Shown here piece by piece: positions 38,211-54,621 of a stretch of DNA of 64,000 nt. Source of the stretch: Octopus vulgaris (Eukaryota); NCBI GenBank assembly GCA_951406725.2, contig OX597822.1:930001-994000 (forward strand), in the 5' to 3' direction. The position numbers and the translations under genes were made by a program. Numbering within the stretch: the stretch's first letter is position 1; every line of letters begins with the position of its first letter. Below the pieces are notes generated by a model. That model worked only from the letters and a program-made list of their open reading frames with translations, had not been told where the DNA came from and made no database searches.

Positions 38211-38404
38211 GTGAATGGAAGAAATGGAGCTGAACGAAGATTCTACAGAATTCCTTTTATTACATTCTACACATGTTTCAAAGGCCACATATTTCCAAAT
38301 TCTGATTGAATAAGGATACCATATTGCAGCTTTCTCTTCATGAAAATCCAGGAAAATTCTGTAGAATCTTCGTTCAGCTCCATTTCTTCCATTCACTAAT
38401 TATA
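38203..38404. repeat. about 52-bp inverted repeat, PLE-type remnant
   Basis: 38203-38254 is the reverse complement of about 38350-38404; adjacent to (TA)n. Confidence 0.75.
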
Positions 38405-38556
38405 TTAAACTTCAATTATCCGCGCCAACGCACGGTTGCAACACCCTATGGTCATAACTCCAACCGTGTTTTTTCTGCTGTGATTTTTGTTACCCAGGTA
38501 TCGGTTAAACTTTTGAATAATCCGTAACCAGATAATTCATCTTTCCATTTCAACAA

Positions 38557-40898
<2,342 letters not shown>

Positions 40899-40956
40899 TA
40901 TACATATATATATACTGTTCAGTATCTATGCGGTGAATAAAATTTATCTTTCTACT

Positions 40957-41012
<56 letters not shown>

Positions 41013-41122
41013 CAATTAAAATCTTAAAAAACTTCAAGAAATTTCAGGTAGATTACCTCATAAGAGAATAAATTTCGAAAATAATATTTCTTGTGCATAA
41101 ATTTATATATGGATTTCTTAGG

Positions 41123-41160
<38 letters not shown>

Positions 41161-41184
41161 CAAGTAGAAAGATGCAAGAAGTCC

Positions 41185-41473
41185 CACGTGATGGATGTAA
41201 TCGCAGAGTATACACGCAGCAAGCTTAGATGGGCTGGACACGTCGCGCGGCTCACTGATAATCGGTGGACCCGCGCAGTTGTCGAGTGGTACCCGCACGG
41301 GAGGAAACGACCACCCGGAAGGCCTCCACGACGGTAGAGTTACGATTTCAGGAGGACGATTGGGACCACGTGGATGAGAAAGGCGCGATCCAGAGATGAG
41401 TGGACAGCGTGCTGTGACCAGCGGTGTCAAATGGACTCCTGACGGACTGGTCGGTCAAGGTGATCAAGGTGAT
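41185..41473 (+). mobile_element. RTE-clade LINE 3' fragment
   Basis: KLRWAGHVARLTDNRWTRAVVEWYPHGRKRPPGRPPRR; short tandem tail tcaaggtga. Confidence 0.8.
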
Positions 41474-42769
41474 ATATATATATGATAGAGATAGAGAGAG
41501 AAAAATGTGAGAGTAGGAAGAGAGAAGAAAAGAGAAGTTGAGAAACCAAAATGATGTTTACATTGACTTCTATAAAACCTTCGGTTATCTCTGGTATCTT
41601 ACTTTTGGGTATCCGTTTCAAATCATACACAAGAATCTTTGTAAGGAACACATTGAGCAATATGGACAAGTGTGCTCTGCGGCTGGGAACAGTACTAGAC
41701 TGTCATGCTTTCAACGGCTTTCATTGAATATCGCAGTAATTAGAATTGACCTAACACGAAACAACAAGAGTAGCAACAACTATGTAAGATAACCGGTGCC
41801 TGTAACACGTATCAATTCACTATAGCTGGAAAGAGATAAATCTGTGGCACTATTTAAAAGAACGGCCTAACTGAAAGCTCTTTTAAGAGTAGATTATAGC
41901 TGCATATAAACTCTTGCAAATAGCGATAACACAGATAGACATCTAATTTAGGTGTGTATATGAATGCGTGTATAGATTATAAGTATTAATGCATGAAGGA
42001 CAATTTGCCTTTCTCTCTGCTGTTGCGTTTGTGCCTTTCTATTTGTCATTCTCTCTCATTTTCTATGTATGTATATATATGTATACAAATATACACACAC
42101 ATTCATATATAGATAGGTAATAGAGAGAGAGAGAGAAAGTAGAATAAATGCTTGTAACAGCTAATGTGTGTGTGTGTGTGTGCGTGTATAACCACACACA
42201 CGCACGCACGCACACACGCGCACACACGCACACGCGGACACACACTCACACACACACACAGAATTGTATGTATATACATGTATCTGTATGTAAGAGTGTA
42301 TATCTGTGTATGTACAGCAGCCTATAATCCTTGTACAAGGCCAAATCCATAAAAATAATCAAATAACAAAACTATAAAAGAAATGAAAAATTAACCACCC
42401 AAACTTATAACAACGAATCTTACACACATATTTATTGACACTCCCGCTTATAAAGATATATCCATATATCTACACTCACATGTTCATGCATGTACACTCC
42501 ATTATATACATGGCCCCACATATACACACGCATACACATAGACATACACACATATACGTACACAACCAGATTTACAGATACATACGTATGAATATGAATG
42601 CGGCCAACTATTCCATATCCTTCTACGCCTCGATCAGAAGAAACCACGTCTGGTGAGTTAGCTCGCCTCTGCGGGTTGAAAAGTCGCTGGAGAAGATACA
42701 TCATTTATCCAACTTGTCTGTGTATATAAAGCTGTGACTGACTCTATTGCATGTGTGTGTGTGTATGTG

Positions 42770-42859
<90 letters not shown>

Positions 42860-43999
42860 CATGCATACGCACATATATATACGTACATACGTACATTCAT
42901 ATGCATATGTACCTACGTACATATGCATTTATACGTGTGTATGTGTGTGTGTTTGTGTGAATGTGCATGTGTACGCGTATGGATGTATGCGATTGTATGA
43001 GGTGTTTTGCGTATTGTGTTACTGTTTAGCATATCGTGACGGCAATCAAACCAATATGTCCGCCAAATGATATTGAAACGGTGTAGTACTGTGATAGCTT
43101 CACACTCTGTCTGTCTGTCTGTCTCTAATAAATAATGTAATAAATAGCGGATGGAGGAGATGGGAGTTTATTGGTGACGAGAATAGTTCTGTTCTTGTTG
43201 TTATTAGTGGCTGGGGTGATGGCAGTTATGATGGTGTGTGTATTTTAGCCTGGTCTGAGGTTTGATACGGTTTGGTTAGGTGTGGTGTGATATGATGTGA
43301 TGTGATACAGTGTGTTGTGGATATAAGTCTTGCTTCTAGTGTTAGAGGTGGTTCTATTGTTTTATTACATTATATTGTATTACATATTGTTTTGTTGTAG
43401 TTTGACGCTCTTTATGCTCTATATTTGTCATATTTTGCTGTATTTTGTTTTATTTCCCTTCAATCCATCCATAATTTCTGGACATATATGAGGCGTCATC
43501 ATTCGTTATTTTCGCATTATGATATAGACTTTAAAATATTTTTTCTCTCTCTTCCTATATATACTATTTCTCCCTTTCTCCATCTGTTTCTTTTAATCAC
43601 ACTCATCGACCATCTATATACCTGCATATTTATACATTAAACTATTGGCATCTCTTTTTCTCTGTCTCCCTCTCTCTTCCTATGCCCCTCTTTATCTCTC
43701 ATCCTCTTTCTCTCCATTCTCTATCTAAATTCATATCCATTTTCGATCAATTTATCTACCTCCCTAAATGCACACACACGCACACACACACACACAGACA
43801 CAGGCACACACACAACTTTATATTTATCTCTATACACATCTATCTATAGTACATAGAATGTATTCCATATAAAGATTCTCATTCTATCATTCTATATATC
43901 AATTTACGCACATCGCCTTCAATATATAATCTATCTTCAACACTAACATACAGGCATCCAGGTTTATCTTTTAAATATATATTACAATAGAATAAACCT

Positions 44000-44220
44000 T
44001 AAAGACGGCAAGCTAGCAGACATGTTAGCACGCTGGGCGAAATGCTTACTGGCATTTTGTCTGTCTTTACGTTCCGAGTTCAAGTACCAGTGAGGTCGAC
44101 TTTGCTGTTTATCTTTCGGGGATCGATAAATTTAGTACCAGTTGCGTACAGGGGTCGATCTAATCGACTTGTCCCCTCCTCAAAAATTCGGGCCTTGTGC
44201 CTAGAATAGAAAAGAATGTA
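44000..44220 (+). mobile_element. SINE family A
   Basis: Head ggcaagctagcagacatgttagcacg, conserved core and tail. Confidence 0.75.
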
Positions 44221-44395
44221 TTAAACCTTATTTGCATCTGTATAAAACCCTCTTCCTTTCTTTTACTTTGACACGATCTCTATCACTCCCAGCCTCTCTT
44301 TCCCTCTCTCTGAATACACTACATGTCTATAGTATTCTACACAAATACATAGTTCCCTACACTATATGCATACACACATGATAAACGTGTGTGTA

Positions 44396-44452
<57 letters not shown>

Positions 44453-44494
44453 GTGTCTGTATATATATAAGAGAGCAAAGTGTACGTACACCGC

Positions 44495-44533
<39 letters not shown>

Positions 44534-44899
44534 AGTGAGAGAGAGATACAAATAAAGAGTTTTTTATTCGAACAAATCGACGTTAGGACTTATACATACA
44601 TACACACAAACCTACATACATACATACATACATATATACATACATACACACACACATACATACATACATACATACATTGATGCATATTTTTCAGTCGTAA
44701 AATGACCATAGGCGACTGAATGGCCGAATGCTTGGGGCATTGCCATTTCTCATTAACTTATGTGCAAGGTACGAAGCTTACGTCCCTTGAATCGTATGAC
44801 TGACTTTACTTATGAATGAATATATATGTTAGTAGCGGTAGTAGTGGTAGTGGTGGTAGTAATGGTGATATTGTGATGGTAGTGGTAGTCATGAGATTA

Positions 44900-45133
44900 G
44901 GGCGGCGAGCTGGTAGAAACGGTAGCACGCCGGCCGAAATGCTTAGCAGTATTTCGTATGTCGCTACGTTCTGAGCTCAAATCCCGCTGAGGTCGACTTT
45001 GCCTTCCATCCTTTCGGGGTCGATAAATTAAGTACCAGTTACGCACTGGGGTCGATATAATCGACTTAATCCGTTTGTCTGTCCTTGTTTGTCTCCTCTG
45101 TGTTTAGCCCCTTGTGAGTAGTAAAGAAATAGG
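44900..45133 (+). mobile_element. SINE family A (near full length)
   Basis: ggcggcgagctggtagaaacgg...; TSD-like ggtagtcatgag at 44884 and 45132. Confidence 0.85.
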
Positions 45134-46356
45134 TAGTCATGAGGTTTGTGTGAGTGTTATGGTTGCTGTTGTTGTTGTTAATAGTGTTGGCGATGGTTGT
45201 CATGGTGGTAGCGCTGTTTCAGTTTTTCTTTAATTGCAACTCAGTCCTCGCCAAATAGTCCAATGAACAATGCCACTTCAAACATGACCCACCTGTTTAC
45301 TCTTTCTTATATGCAGAGAACCCAAAATCACATCGTCAAATGTGTTCTTCTCCAAAACGATTGGGTGTGGTTTGAGGGAGTTTCCTGCTACCATTTCTAA
45401 CCAGTTCTGTGACCACAAATAATCTCCTCTGTTAGATCACTGCATGGAGATTTGTGAATATAAACCGTTCGGCTGTTGTAAAGATAAATGGCTATTTTTG
45501 TTAATGCATTATAATAGCTTGTGTTAGACTGGACAATGGTAAATTTTGTGTTCATGGAATAACATCTACTTCCATCATTGAAAGTGGAAAGAGTGAAAAA
45601 CTATTTCAACAGATTCTGCTGTTAGAAATTTATTAATAATGCTTTCATAATAAACTGCATATGAATTATGGCGGTGTGATTTTAATAGATTCCGTATGTT
45701 CAACATGAAATCGGTCAAATCTGTCTCGTTCGTTTGTTAATGCTATGGTAATGACTGGCTGTGGTTTACTCTGCATTATAGCTGGCATGTCTTTATAAAA
45801 TGAAGAAAGAAGATAATGGTATAATGGTCGGTGAATGTTGATGAAGATTGCTAAGGGTCGGTGTTGGTTGGGATGTTACTGATACAGGAAGTGATGGTGT
45901 TAGCGATTTTATTTTCGCTAATGGTGGTGAGGATGTTGGGAACGATGCTGGTTACGATGTTGTAGGCGATGGCGTATTGGTTAAGGATACTATTGCACAA
46001 GTAAGATATGGGGGTGGAGTGTGGTAATTTTTACATAGTGCACTCTCTGCTGCTTGGTGTAATATTCTGTACATCAGCAGGTACTTTCGCACGCGATGAA
46101 TAGTTACGAGGTGTAGTGTAACCGTCTGAACATAATTCTTACTATCACTGTACACCAATAGATGCAGTTGAGGTTGCTGCGGACAAATTACTTATTTTTG
46201 CCAGCTGAGTGAACTTCAGAAGCGTGAAATAAAGAGCTCAAGAACACAACACATCACCTTGTTGAGGGATCTAACTATTTAGATACACACCTCCACACAT
46301 AAACACATACACACAAATTCATGTTTGTGTTTATATTCATACATATATGTATGTAT

Positions 46357-46836
46357 GTTAAACATGGAGGAGGATCTGTGATTATCTGGGGGTGGCGTGG
46401 AGGCTATATCTTGGAAATCCGCCGGCCCAGTGGTTTTCTTTCATGGCAGAATTAATAGTCAAACCTATTTAAGCATTTTATCTGATCAAATTCATTCTAT
46501 GTTGCGGAACCGTTACTGAATGGCACGAGGAACATTCTAGTGAAGTTGAACACATCTGGCCACCACAGTTCCCAGATCTCAATATTATTCAACATTTATG
46601 GTTACTTTTTAGAAAAACAAATAAGGAGTCGATATCATCCACCATTATCACTACAAGAACTGGAGACTATTTTAGCTGAAGAATGGACAAAAATTCTTTT
46701 GGAAACAATTCAAACTTTGTACGAGTCAATATCTCATAGAATTCAAGTTGTAATTACTACCAAAGGGGGTCCTACCCCATATTAAAATAAATTTGTTTGA
46801 AATATAAGGCGTTTCCATAATTTTGTCCAACCCCTC
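46357..46836 (+). mobile_element. Tc1 transposase 3' fossil
   Basis: VKHGGGSVIIWG, WPPQFPDLNII and KGGPTPY motifs; TIR-like end. Confidence 0.8.
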
Positions 46837-46854
46837 CATATATATATATATATA

Positions 46855-49149
46855 TGCACCATTGTGCGAGTAGTTTACTGTACGTAATAGGAGCTCGGTC
46901 GTGCGAATTTTTGTCGTGACGTAGGAGCGGAAATCTGCAGTACGAGCGAGTTTCATACAAACGACCGCTACTCGGCTCTGAGTTCGCGCCCGCTCTCCAA
47001 ACAGGTACGGTCTCCGCTCGCTCAGTTCACGTGTTTATCTCGTTGTGGTAGCAACCTTGTTGTGTTTTCCAAGTGCTTTTGCTTAGTTTGGGGCATTTTT
47101 TGCTATCATTTTATAATAATTAGTTGTGTTAGCTATGGGTCCTAAGAAGGTTAGTCCAAAGGATAGTGCTGAGAAGAAGAAAAAGCTGATTGCGATAGAA
47201 TTGAAGAAGGAAAACACTGATAAACATGAGAGGAGTGCGTGTAGTGGACATAGCACGTTAATACAAACGAAGTACATCGACGATTTGGACCATCCTAAAG
47301 AAAAAGGTCGAGACCAAGGCGGTTACAACAGCAACTCACATCTGTCCACGAAAATGATGGAAAAATTACTTCCCTTGTGGATCAACGAGAAGCAACACGC
47401 AGGGGATATGATTACGGAGATCATCTTCTGTGAGAAAGCATGAGCGCTGTATAGAGATTACCTGAAGCAGAACCCTGGAACATCGATGGAGGAGACATTA
47501 GCAGACGCATTTAAATCCAGTTGCAGCTGGTTTGATAATTTCAAGAAGAGGACTGGTGTTCATAGCATCGTCAGATATGGAGAAGCAGCGGGTTCTGACA
47601 CGAAGGCAGTTGAAGATTTCGTGAGTGAATTCCGTCAGCTCATCGCAGCCGAGGTGGGTACATCGCACAAACCGGTATTCAACTGTGGTGAAACTGGTCT
47701 ATTGTTTTTGAAAAAAATGCCGAGAGAAACATATATAATTTCAGAGGAGAAGAAAATGCCAAGTCATAAAACCATGAATGATGTGCCAATGCAAGTCAGT
47801 CGAGACTTGAAGATTAAGCCGCTCTTAGCCTACCATTCCGAAAATCCACGAGCGTTCAAGTCGCACAAAATCCTGAAGGAGAAGCTGCAGGTAATGTGGA
47901 TGGCAAACGTTAAAGCCTGGGTCAACAGGCAATTCTTCTCCAAGTGGGTCAACCTTGTCTTCGGACCAGTAGTGAAAAAGTACCTTCTGGAGAACAATCT
48001 TCCTCTCAACACCCTCCTCATCCTCGACAATGCTCCTGCTCACCCACCTAACCTCGAAGATGATATCCTGGTCGAATTTAAATTCATAAAAGTTCTGTAT
48101 CTTTCACACAGCACCACCCCTATCTTGTATCCCATGGACCAATAGGTGATTCATAATTTTAAGTAACTGTACACCGAATACCTGTTTTGTCGGTACTTTG
48201 AAGTCACCAAAAATACAAATGTAATCCTTCGTGAGTTTTGGAAGGAGCACTACAACGTTGTAAACTAACTGAAAATCATCGATATGGCCGGGCAGGATGT
48301 AATGAGGAGATCGCTGAATTCTGCGTAGAAGAAGCTGTGGCCTGACTGCGTATCTGAAAGAGACTTCAAAGGGTTTGAGTTTGAGACACATGTATTTGAG
48401 GAGATGGTATCTCTTGGCAAGTCCATGGGCATCGAGGTTGATGATGGGTATATTAACGATCTCGTCGAGGAAAACTCAGAAGAGGTGATGAGAGATGAAC
48501 TCCTGCAGTTTCACGAGCAGCAGTATTTGGATGCATTGGAGGATAGTATAGCAGAGAAGGCTAGCAGTATTAGTGTTGGCAAAGTGGCAGTATGTTTCTG
48601 AATTTGTAGAAAAATATCATCTTGCAAAAGTAGCCACAGGTCGTGCAGCTGCTTTATTGAAATGACTTTGCTCTCGTGCATTTTCGTAACATTTTGAAAG
48701 GCAGGAAAAAACTGACTTCTCTTGATATGTTTCTAATGAAACGACCCACAAGAATAAAAAGTGAAGATAGGGTTCCAAAAAGCCTAAATTAAGCGGAGAG
48801 AGAAAACCCCAGAAATTGTTCTTCCTGAAGTTTTAATGGAGGAGAATCTCCTTCCAAACAGTAATCCGCCTCCTCGCTCGATCGTCTTCATCGCTCACAA
48901 ATCGTCCCATCTTTAAGGTTAATAAAATAAGTTTATATATTTCTGTTGCATTCTCTTTCGTTAGAATTGTCATTTTACTTGTAACTACACTTTTTTTGTT
49001 TTAAAACGCATAAAAAATTACTTTTGAGTGGTTTTAGTGGGCTGGAACGGATAAATTATATTTTAATTAATGTCAATGGGGAACATGGATTTGTAAAACG
49101 AGTAAAAAGTAAAACGTAAGATTTAAACTCATAGTGCGAGGTATTACTG
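46855..49149 (+). mobile_element. Tigger/pogo DNA transposon with decayed TIGD1-like transposase (about 47135-48865)
   Basis: MGPKKVS start, HTH CENP-B-like FKSSCSWFDNFKKR, DDE_1 motifs VFNCGETGL, LLILDNAPAHP and PMDQ; right TIR gaggtattactg-TA; left boundary approximate. Confidence 0.85.
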
Positions 49150-49229
49150 TATATGCATACATACACATATTACATAATGAATGGCCGTAAGGTGCATTAT
49201 TACCTGAATATTCATATACATACATATAC

Positions 49230-49290
<61 letters not shown>

Positions 49291-49292
49291 AT

Positions 49293-50103
49293 TATAATAA
49301 AGGGTTATTTGCAAGACGTTGCTTAAACCACATACCGAAAATATTAGAAATAGCAGCCAAATAGGTTACCATTACTATTACTACAAAAATAAGTCTCCAC
49401 AAACAACAGTATTTGTAACCCGTATATAGTAAAAAGAAGGAAGACAACGAAATCACAAGTCTAATTTGGATCAATTATGGACGAATCGTTTCTGGATTAG
49501 AATCGAAAATTCATTTCCTCATCAACATAATGTTTCCTATAAATCTAGAAATGCTAGGAAAAAACTCACCCATTACATCAACTCGACCAGGCGACATCGA
49601 ACGATATAACGGTCTGCCAGCATCTCCACATTTATATAGACAAGCGAATTCGTATCTCCCTCCAAAATTTCACCACGTGAGTTACAAAAACAGTACCACC
49701 GAAACGAAGTTTCGCAGATTCACTGTATGGGAGTAATAGTATTCGATACATATAAAGGGTGAAATATAATTAATTTAATAAAATTAATAAATTTCACCTA
49801 GTAGTTTTTTCGGTATGGAAAGGACCATATTCGGTAAAAATTATATATAATTATAATAAAGAGTCATTTGCAACAAGTTGCTTAAACCACATACCGAAAA
49901 TATTAGAAATAGCAGCCGAATTTTCGATTCTAATCCAGAAACGATTCGTCCATAATTGATCCAAATTAGACTGTTTGATTTCGTTGTCTTCCTTCTTTTT
50001 TTACCATATACGGGTTACAAATACTGTTGTTTGTGGAGACTTATTTTTCTAGTAATAGTAATGGTAACCTATTTGGCTGCTATTTCTAATATTTTCGGTA
50101 TGA
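49293..50103. mobile_element. PLE-type remnant with about 185-bp inverted and 65-bp direct repeats
   Basis: 49331-49514 inverted at 49918-50102; 49293-49357 direct at 49853-49917; related to 8130-8300. Confidence 0.6.
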
Positions 50104-50129
50104 AGTCATCAACTTCAAATTTGCATTAA

Positions 50130-50330
50130 TCAAGACTTTACAAGGACAGACAAACGGATTAAGTCGATTATATCGACCCCAGTGGGTAACTGGTACTTAT
50201 TTAATCGACCCCGAAAGGATAAAAGGCAAAGTCGACCTCGGCGGAAATTGAACTCAGAACGTAGCGGCAGACGAAATACCGCAAAGCATTTCGCCCGGCG
50301 TGCTAACGTTTCTGCCAGCTCACCGCCTTT
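50130..50330 (-). mobile_element. SINE family A
   Basis: Reverse complement of 44900-45090. Confidence 0.85.
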
Positions 50331-50612
50331 TAAATCACTATATTTATATATATAATTGATAATGCAACCGTTTCCCTGCATTATGAGATCTAGTTGTGTT
50401 TCCTGAGGCGACATGTAAATATTGTCCCCGTATCATCAATTCTCGGCTTCGAGAGCATCCTCTCTGTGTGTCGTGTTCTGAAGTTAGTAGAAGCCACTGA
50501 GTTTATCAAAATGTGTTGTTATTGAAGGACAGTTGGCAAACTGCTTTAAGTGTGTAGATTTTTGAGTAGATCTGAAGGTAGAGGAACTTCTTTCTCTGTA
50601 CACACACACATA

Positions 50613-50656
<44 letters not shown>

Positions 50657-50733
50657 GGAGTAAGCACATAAATGTGAAACAAGGTGGAAAAAAAGGACTC
50701 AAATACCAGAGGTAGAGTATGCTTTATTTTGTT

Positions 50734-50786
50734 AACAAAACTGTCCGACGAACGGGAACGTGAAACTCCGAGTAACAGCTTTTGTT
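50734..50786 (+). ncRNA. minimal hammerhead ribozyme variant (U4C core)
   Basis: aacaaaactgt-CCGACGA-acg ggaa cgt-GAAA-ctc c gag-TA-acagcttttgtt; all three stems pair. Confidence 0.7.
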
Positions 50787-51344
50787 ATATTTCTGCTGCT
50801 TTTAAGTAAAGTAAAGTATTTATATATATGTATATATATATACATACATATATACACATATATATATATATATGTATATATATGTATATATGTATATATA
50901 TATATGTATGGAAGTCGATATACATAAATGTATGTGTGCGTGTGTGTATGTGTGCATGTGTGTGCGCGCGCGCGTGTGTGTGAGTATGCGTGTATATGTG
51001 TGTTTGTGTGTATTTGGCCTAGCCTATATTTTCGTATAAATAAAAGTTGGCCTGTGTATGCGCTTTTTAGTATCATAATAATTCCCTGCAGTAATTGATT
51101 CTGCTTCGAATGTGTTCTATTGTTATGTTCGAGCGCTGGAGTAGGGCGACCCACCTGCTTTTCTCTTCTTTCTCTATATACAGTCATTCATTACGTTCGC
51201 ATGGCCGAACTTTAAGACCTTGTCTCGGTTGTGCTGCTTACTCAAGCGTTTATAGAGTAAAACTATTATGTGCCAATTACGATCGTGTTGCCGTGTGTGT
51301 GAAATATTTGTTCTAGAATTGCACGCTGACACACAAGAACATGC

Positions 51345-51387
<43 letters not shown>

Positions 51388-51562
51388 AACTTTCTTTCTT
51401 TCTTTCTTTCCCTTTCTTTCTTTCTTTCTTTCTTCCTTTCGCTCCCCCCCCTTTCTATATATCTCAGACACTCAGGCACGTACAATTACATACGTAGAGA
51501 TACGCAGACATACCAACAGGCCGATATATGAATGTGTGTATGTGCATGTGTGTGTGTATCTG

Positions 51563-51614
<52 letters not shown>

Positions 51615-51654
51615 CTACGCACGCACACACACACACACACACACACACGCACAG

Positions 51655-51915
51655 AGGAGTAGCTGTCTGGTAAGAAGATTGCTTTCCACCACATGCATGG
51701 TACCTTGGGTGTCTTCTACTATAGCCTCGAGCCGCGCCATCACTTGATCACCGATGTTGGTGTGTTTACGTCACCGTACATTAGCGGTTCGGCAAAAGAA
51801 CGAACGAATAAATACTAGGGTTACAAAGAATAATTCCTGGGGGCGATTTGTTCGACTAAAGCTGTTGTTCCAGCATGGCCGCAGTGAAATGGCTCAAACA
51901 AATAAAATAAAAAGA
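51655..51915 (+). mobile_element. SINE family B, internally deleted
   Basis: Head ggagtagctgtctggtaagaag and tail ttagcggttcggcaaaag...ccagcatggccgcag. Confidence 0.65.
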
Positions 51916-51959
51916 TACACACACATACATAAATGCATATATACAAACATGTGTGTGTG

Positions 51960-52287
51960 TGTGAAGGTACGCGGCTTAGAGGTTGGGGTATTGGGCTCAT
52001 GATCGTAAGGTCGTGCGTTCAATTCCCGGTGACGCGTTGTATCCTTGCGCAAGACACTTTATTTGACGCTGCTCCAGTCCACTCAGCTGGCAAAAATGAG
52101 TTGTACCTGTATTTCAACGGGCCAGCCTTGTCACACTCTGTGTCACGCTGAATCTTCTTGAGAACTACGTTAAGGGTACTCAAGTCTGTGGCGTGCTCAA
52201 CCACTTGCACGTTAATTTCACGAGCAAGCTGTTTCGTTGATCGTATCAGATGGGACCCTCGTCGGCGTAACCGACGGAGTGATCCTT
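51960..52287 (+). mobile_element. tRNA-derived SINE family D
   Basis: A box cggcttagaggtt, B box cgttcaattccc, ccttgcgcaagacactt core. Confidence 0.65.
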
Positions 52288-52479
52288 TTATATATATAGG
52301 ATTAAAGTAAAAGTTTTATTTTCCAATCACTTTCGAAATCATAACAATTGGTGACTTGAAGTTTTAACTGCTCTTTCTAGCGAGTCAGATATCCTTTTCT
52401 TCGGGTATCTCTTTTGTGTATGAACGTACACTGTATTCTTCTCCTTATATATATATATATGTATGTATATATATATATA

Positions 52480-52700
52480 TACAGGGTGCGATAAGCAAAC
52501 TATTGCCAATTCATACTTTCAATTTCAAGCATGCGCTTTCATTGTTTGCGATTTTGTAGACTACACGTTACAGTAGGGTCAGTTGGGCACGTCTGTGAGA
52601 AAAACAGCCCCATGATGCAATCAACTTTAGCAGAAATTTTGGAACGACATGCTGTACTGCTTGGCATTCGCGCCTGGAGCTTCAATACCAATGTTTATAT
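52480..52700 (+). mobile_element. Tc1/mariner 5' end fragment
   Basis: TA-cagggtgcg TIR-like start after (TA)n. Confidence 0.45.
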
Positions 52701-52834
52701 TGTCATGTAAACTTACGGACGACACACTTCGACTTCCTGGGATTTTCCCATTCTTTCGCTCAGTCAAACACGATTCTACTTATACGAGCTCGGCTCGTCT
52801 CGTCTACTCTCACAGATATTATGAATCTCGCCAT

Positions 52835-52908
<74 letters not shown>

Positions 52909-53121
52909 TCTTTCTTTCTCTTATTTTTTCACTTGTTTCAGTGGTATGCTGGAGCACCACCTAAAGTGATTTTAGTTGAACAGATCGGCCCCAGAACTTA
53001 TCCTTTGTAAGCCTAATTACTCTATCGGACTCTGATGCGAACCGCTAGGTTATGGGGCACGTGACCGCACCAACATTGGTTCTCAAGCGATGGTGTGGGG
53101 AACAAACTCAGACACAAACAC

Positions 53122-53173
<52 letters not shown>

Positions 53174-53435
53174 AAAAATATAAATTGAATTAGAGATAAA
53201 ACCACTATTAGGCAAATCAAACAGTGAAAAACATAAACCAAAACATAGAAATAAAAATAAGTAATATAATATACAAAATATATAAAATATAAAATTCAAA
53301 ATTTAAATTATTTAAATTTAAAGTTAAATCTAAAGTTATTAATTGATATTTATAAATTTATATATGTTGATTCGTTAGTTACTGCACGCATTTTTTTTTC
53401 CCTCCTTCTTTCTGTGTTTTTTTTCTCTCTGTGTA

Positions 53436-53473
53436 TCTTTCTGTTGAAGAGCGTAGGCTCGAAACGTTAAAGA
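53436..53473 (+). ncRNA. minimal hammerhead ribozyme variant (A6U core)
   Basis: tcttt-CTGTTGA-a-gagc gtag gctc-GAAA-cg-TT-aaaga; degenerate paralog near 1590-1625. Confidence 0.55.
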
Positions 53474-53631
53474 CTTGTTTTATTTATATTTCCTGAGCGC
53501 CATACTAATACAATTGTTTGTTTGTTTCCCACCTGCCTTCGTCTTTTGTCTATTTTCATAAAGCTTCCCGTTATATATATAAATATATATTTATTTATTT
53601 ATTTTTATTTTTTATTTATTTATTTATTAAC

Positions 53632-53805
53632 TATATATAACTATCAAAAAGTATTAAAAAGTTTAATATAAGATAAAAAGTAAAACCACTCCGATCGTTT
53701 CATCCCATAAACTAATTCGAATTAGTTTATGGGATGAAACGATCGTAGTGGTTTTACTTTTTATCTTATATTAAACTTTTTAATACTTTTTGATAGTTAT
53801 ATATA
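53632..53805. repeat. zero-spacer palindrome, 87-bp arms, one mismatch
   Basis: Centre ttc|gaa at 53718/53719. Confidence 0.9.
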
Positions 53806-53823
53806 TTTAATAAATAAATAAAA

Positions 53824-53873
<50 letters not shown>

Positions 53874-54146
53874 AAATTTATAAATATAAATTAATAATTT
53901 TAAATTTTTAACTTTAAATTTAAATAATTTAAATTTTGAATTTTATATTTTATATATTTTGTATATTTTATTAATTATTTTTATTTCTATGTTTTGGTTT
54001 ATGTTTTTCACTGTTTGATTTGCCTAATAGTGGTTTTATCTCTAATTTAATTTATATTTATACTGTAAAATTGGATTTAATCCTAAATCTAATTTTTCCC
54101 TGTAAGTTTGGATTTACTGCCTAATATTATTATTATTATTATTATA

Positions 54147-54177
<31 letters not shown>

Positions 54178-54277
54178 GCGTGTGTGTGTATGTGTGTGTG
54201 TGTGTGTGTATTTGTGTGTGTATGTGTGTGTGTGTGCGTGTGTGTGTGTATACATACATACATATATATATGTATAT

Positions 54278-54316
<39 letters not shown>

Positions 54317-54621
54317 TTTCCTGAATTCTATTCAGAATAAATAATAAAATATCTTTGCACCTCATCGAAATTGCATTTCCTGCGAGGCTCTTCCGGTTAA
54401 AAAACACACGGCTGAAATGAAAAGTAAAAATTTGACTTTATCTGAAGCATAATAAGAGATATTTGTATATGGATGTACACCTTTGCTCCGTATGGGTATG
54501 TATAAATATCTGTGGTTATGTTTCTTTAAATATTGTGCTGAAGATGGGAAATAAACTATTTTTACTGCTTATATATATATATATATATACATATATACAT
54601 ACATCTATAATAATAATAATA

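Larger units (their letters stand above)
53170..54140. mobile_element. nested inverted-repeat (PLE-like) remnants
   Basis: Outer IR 53180-53365 / 53870-54055 encloses a hammerhead-bearing segment and an inner palindrome. Confidence 0.65.

Noticed and set aside
41530-41680. VYIDFYKTF RT-like fragment
   Set aside because: Single short motif, insufficient for assignment
42570-42700. Possible small exon (plus-strand ctg|gtgagt donor or minus-strand ttctccag acceptor)
   Set aside because: Splice-like signals occur on both strands and the peptides are unrecognisable; unsupported without RNA data
54340-54430. Minus-strand acceptor-like ttttacttttcatttcag
   Set aside because: No convincing donor and no recognisable peptide
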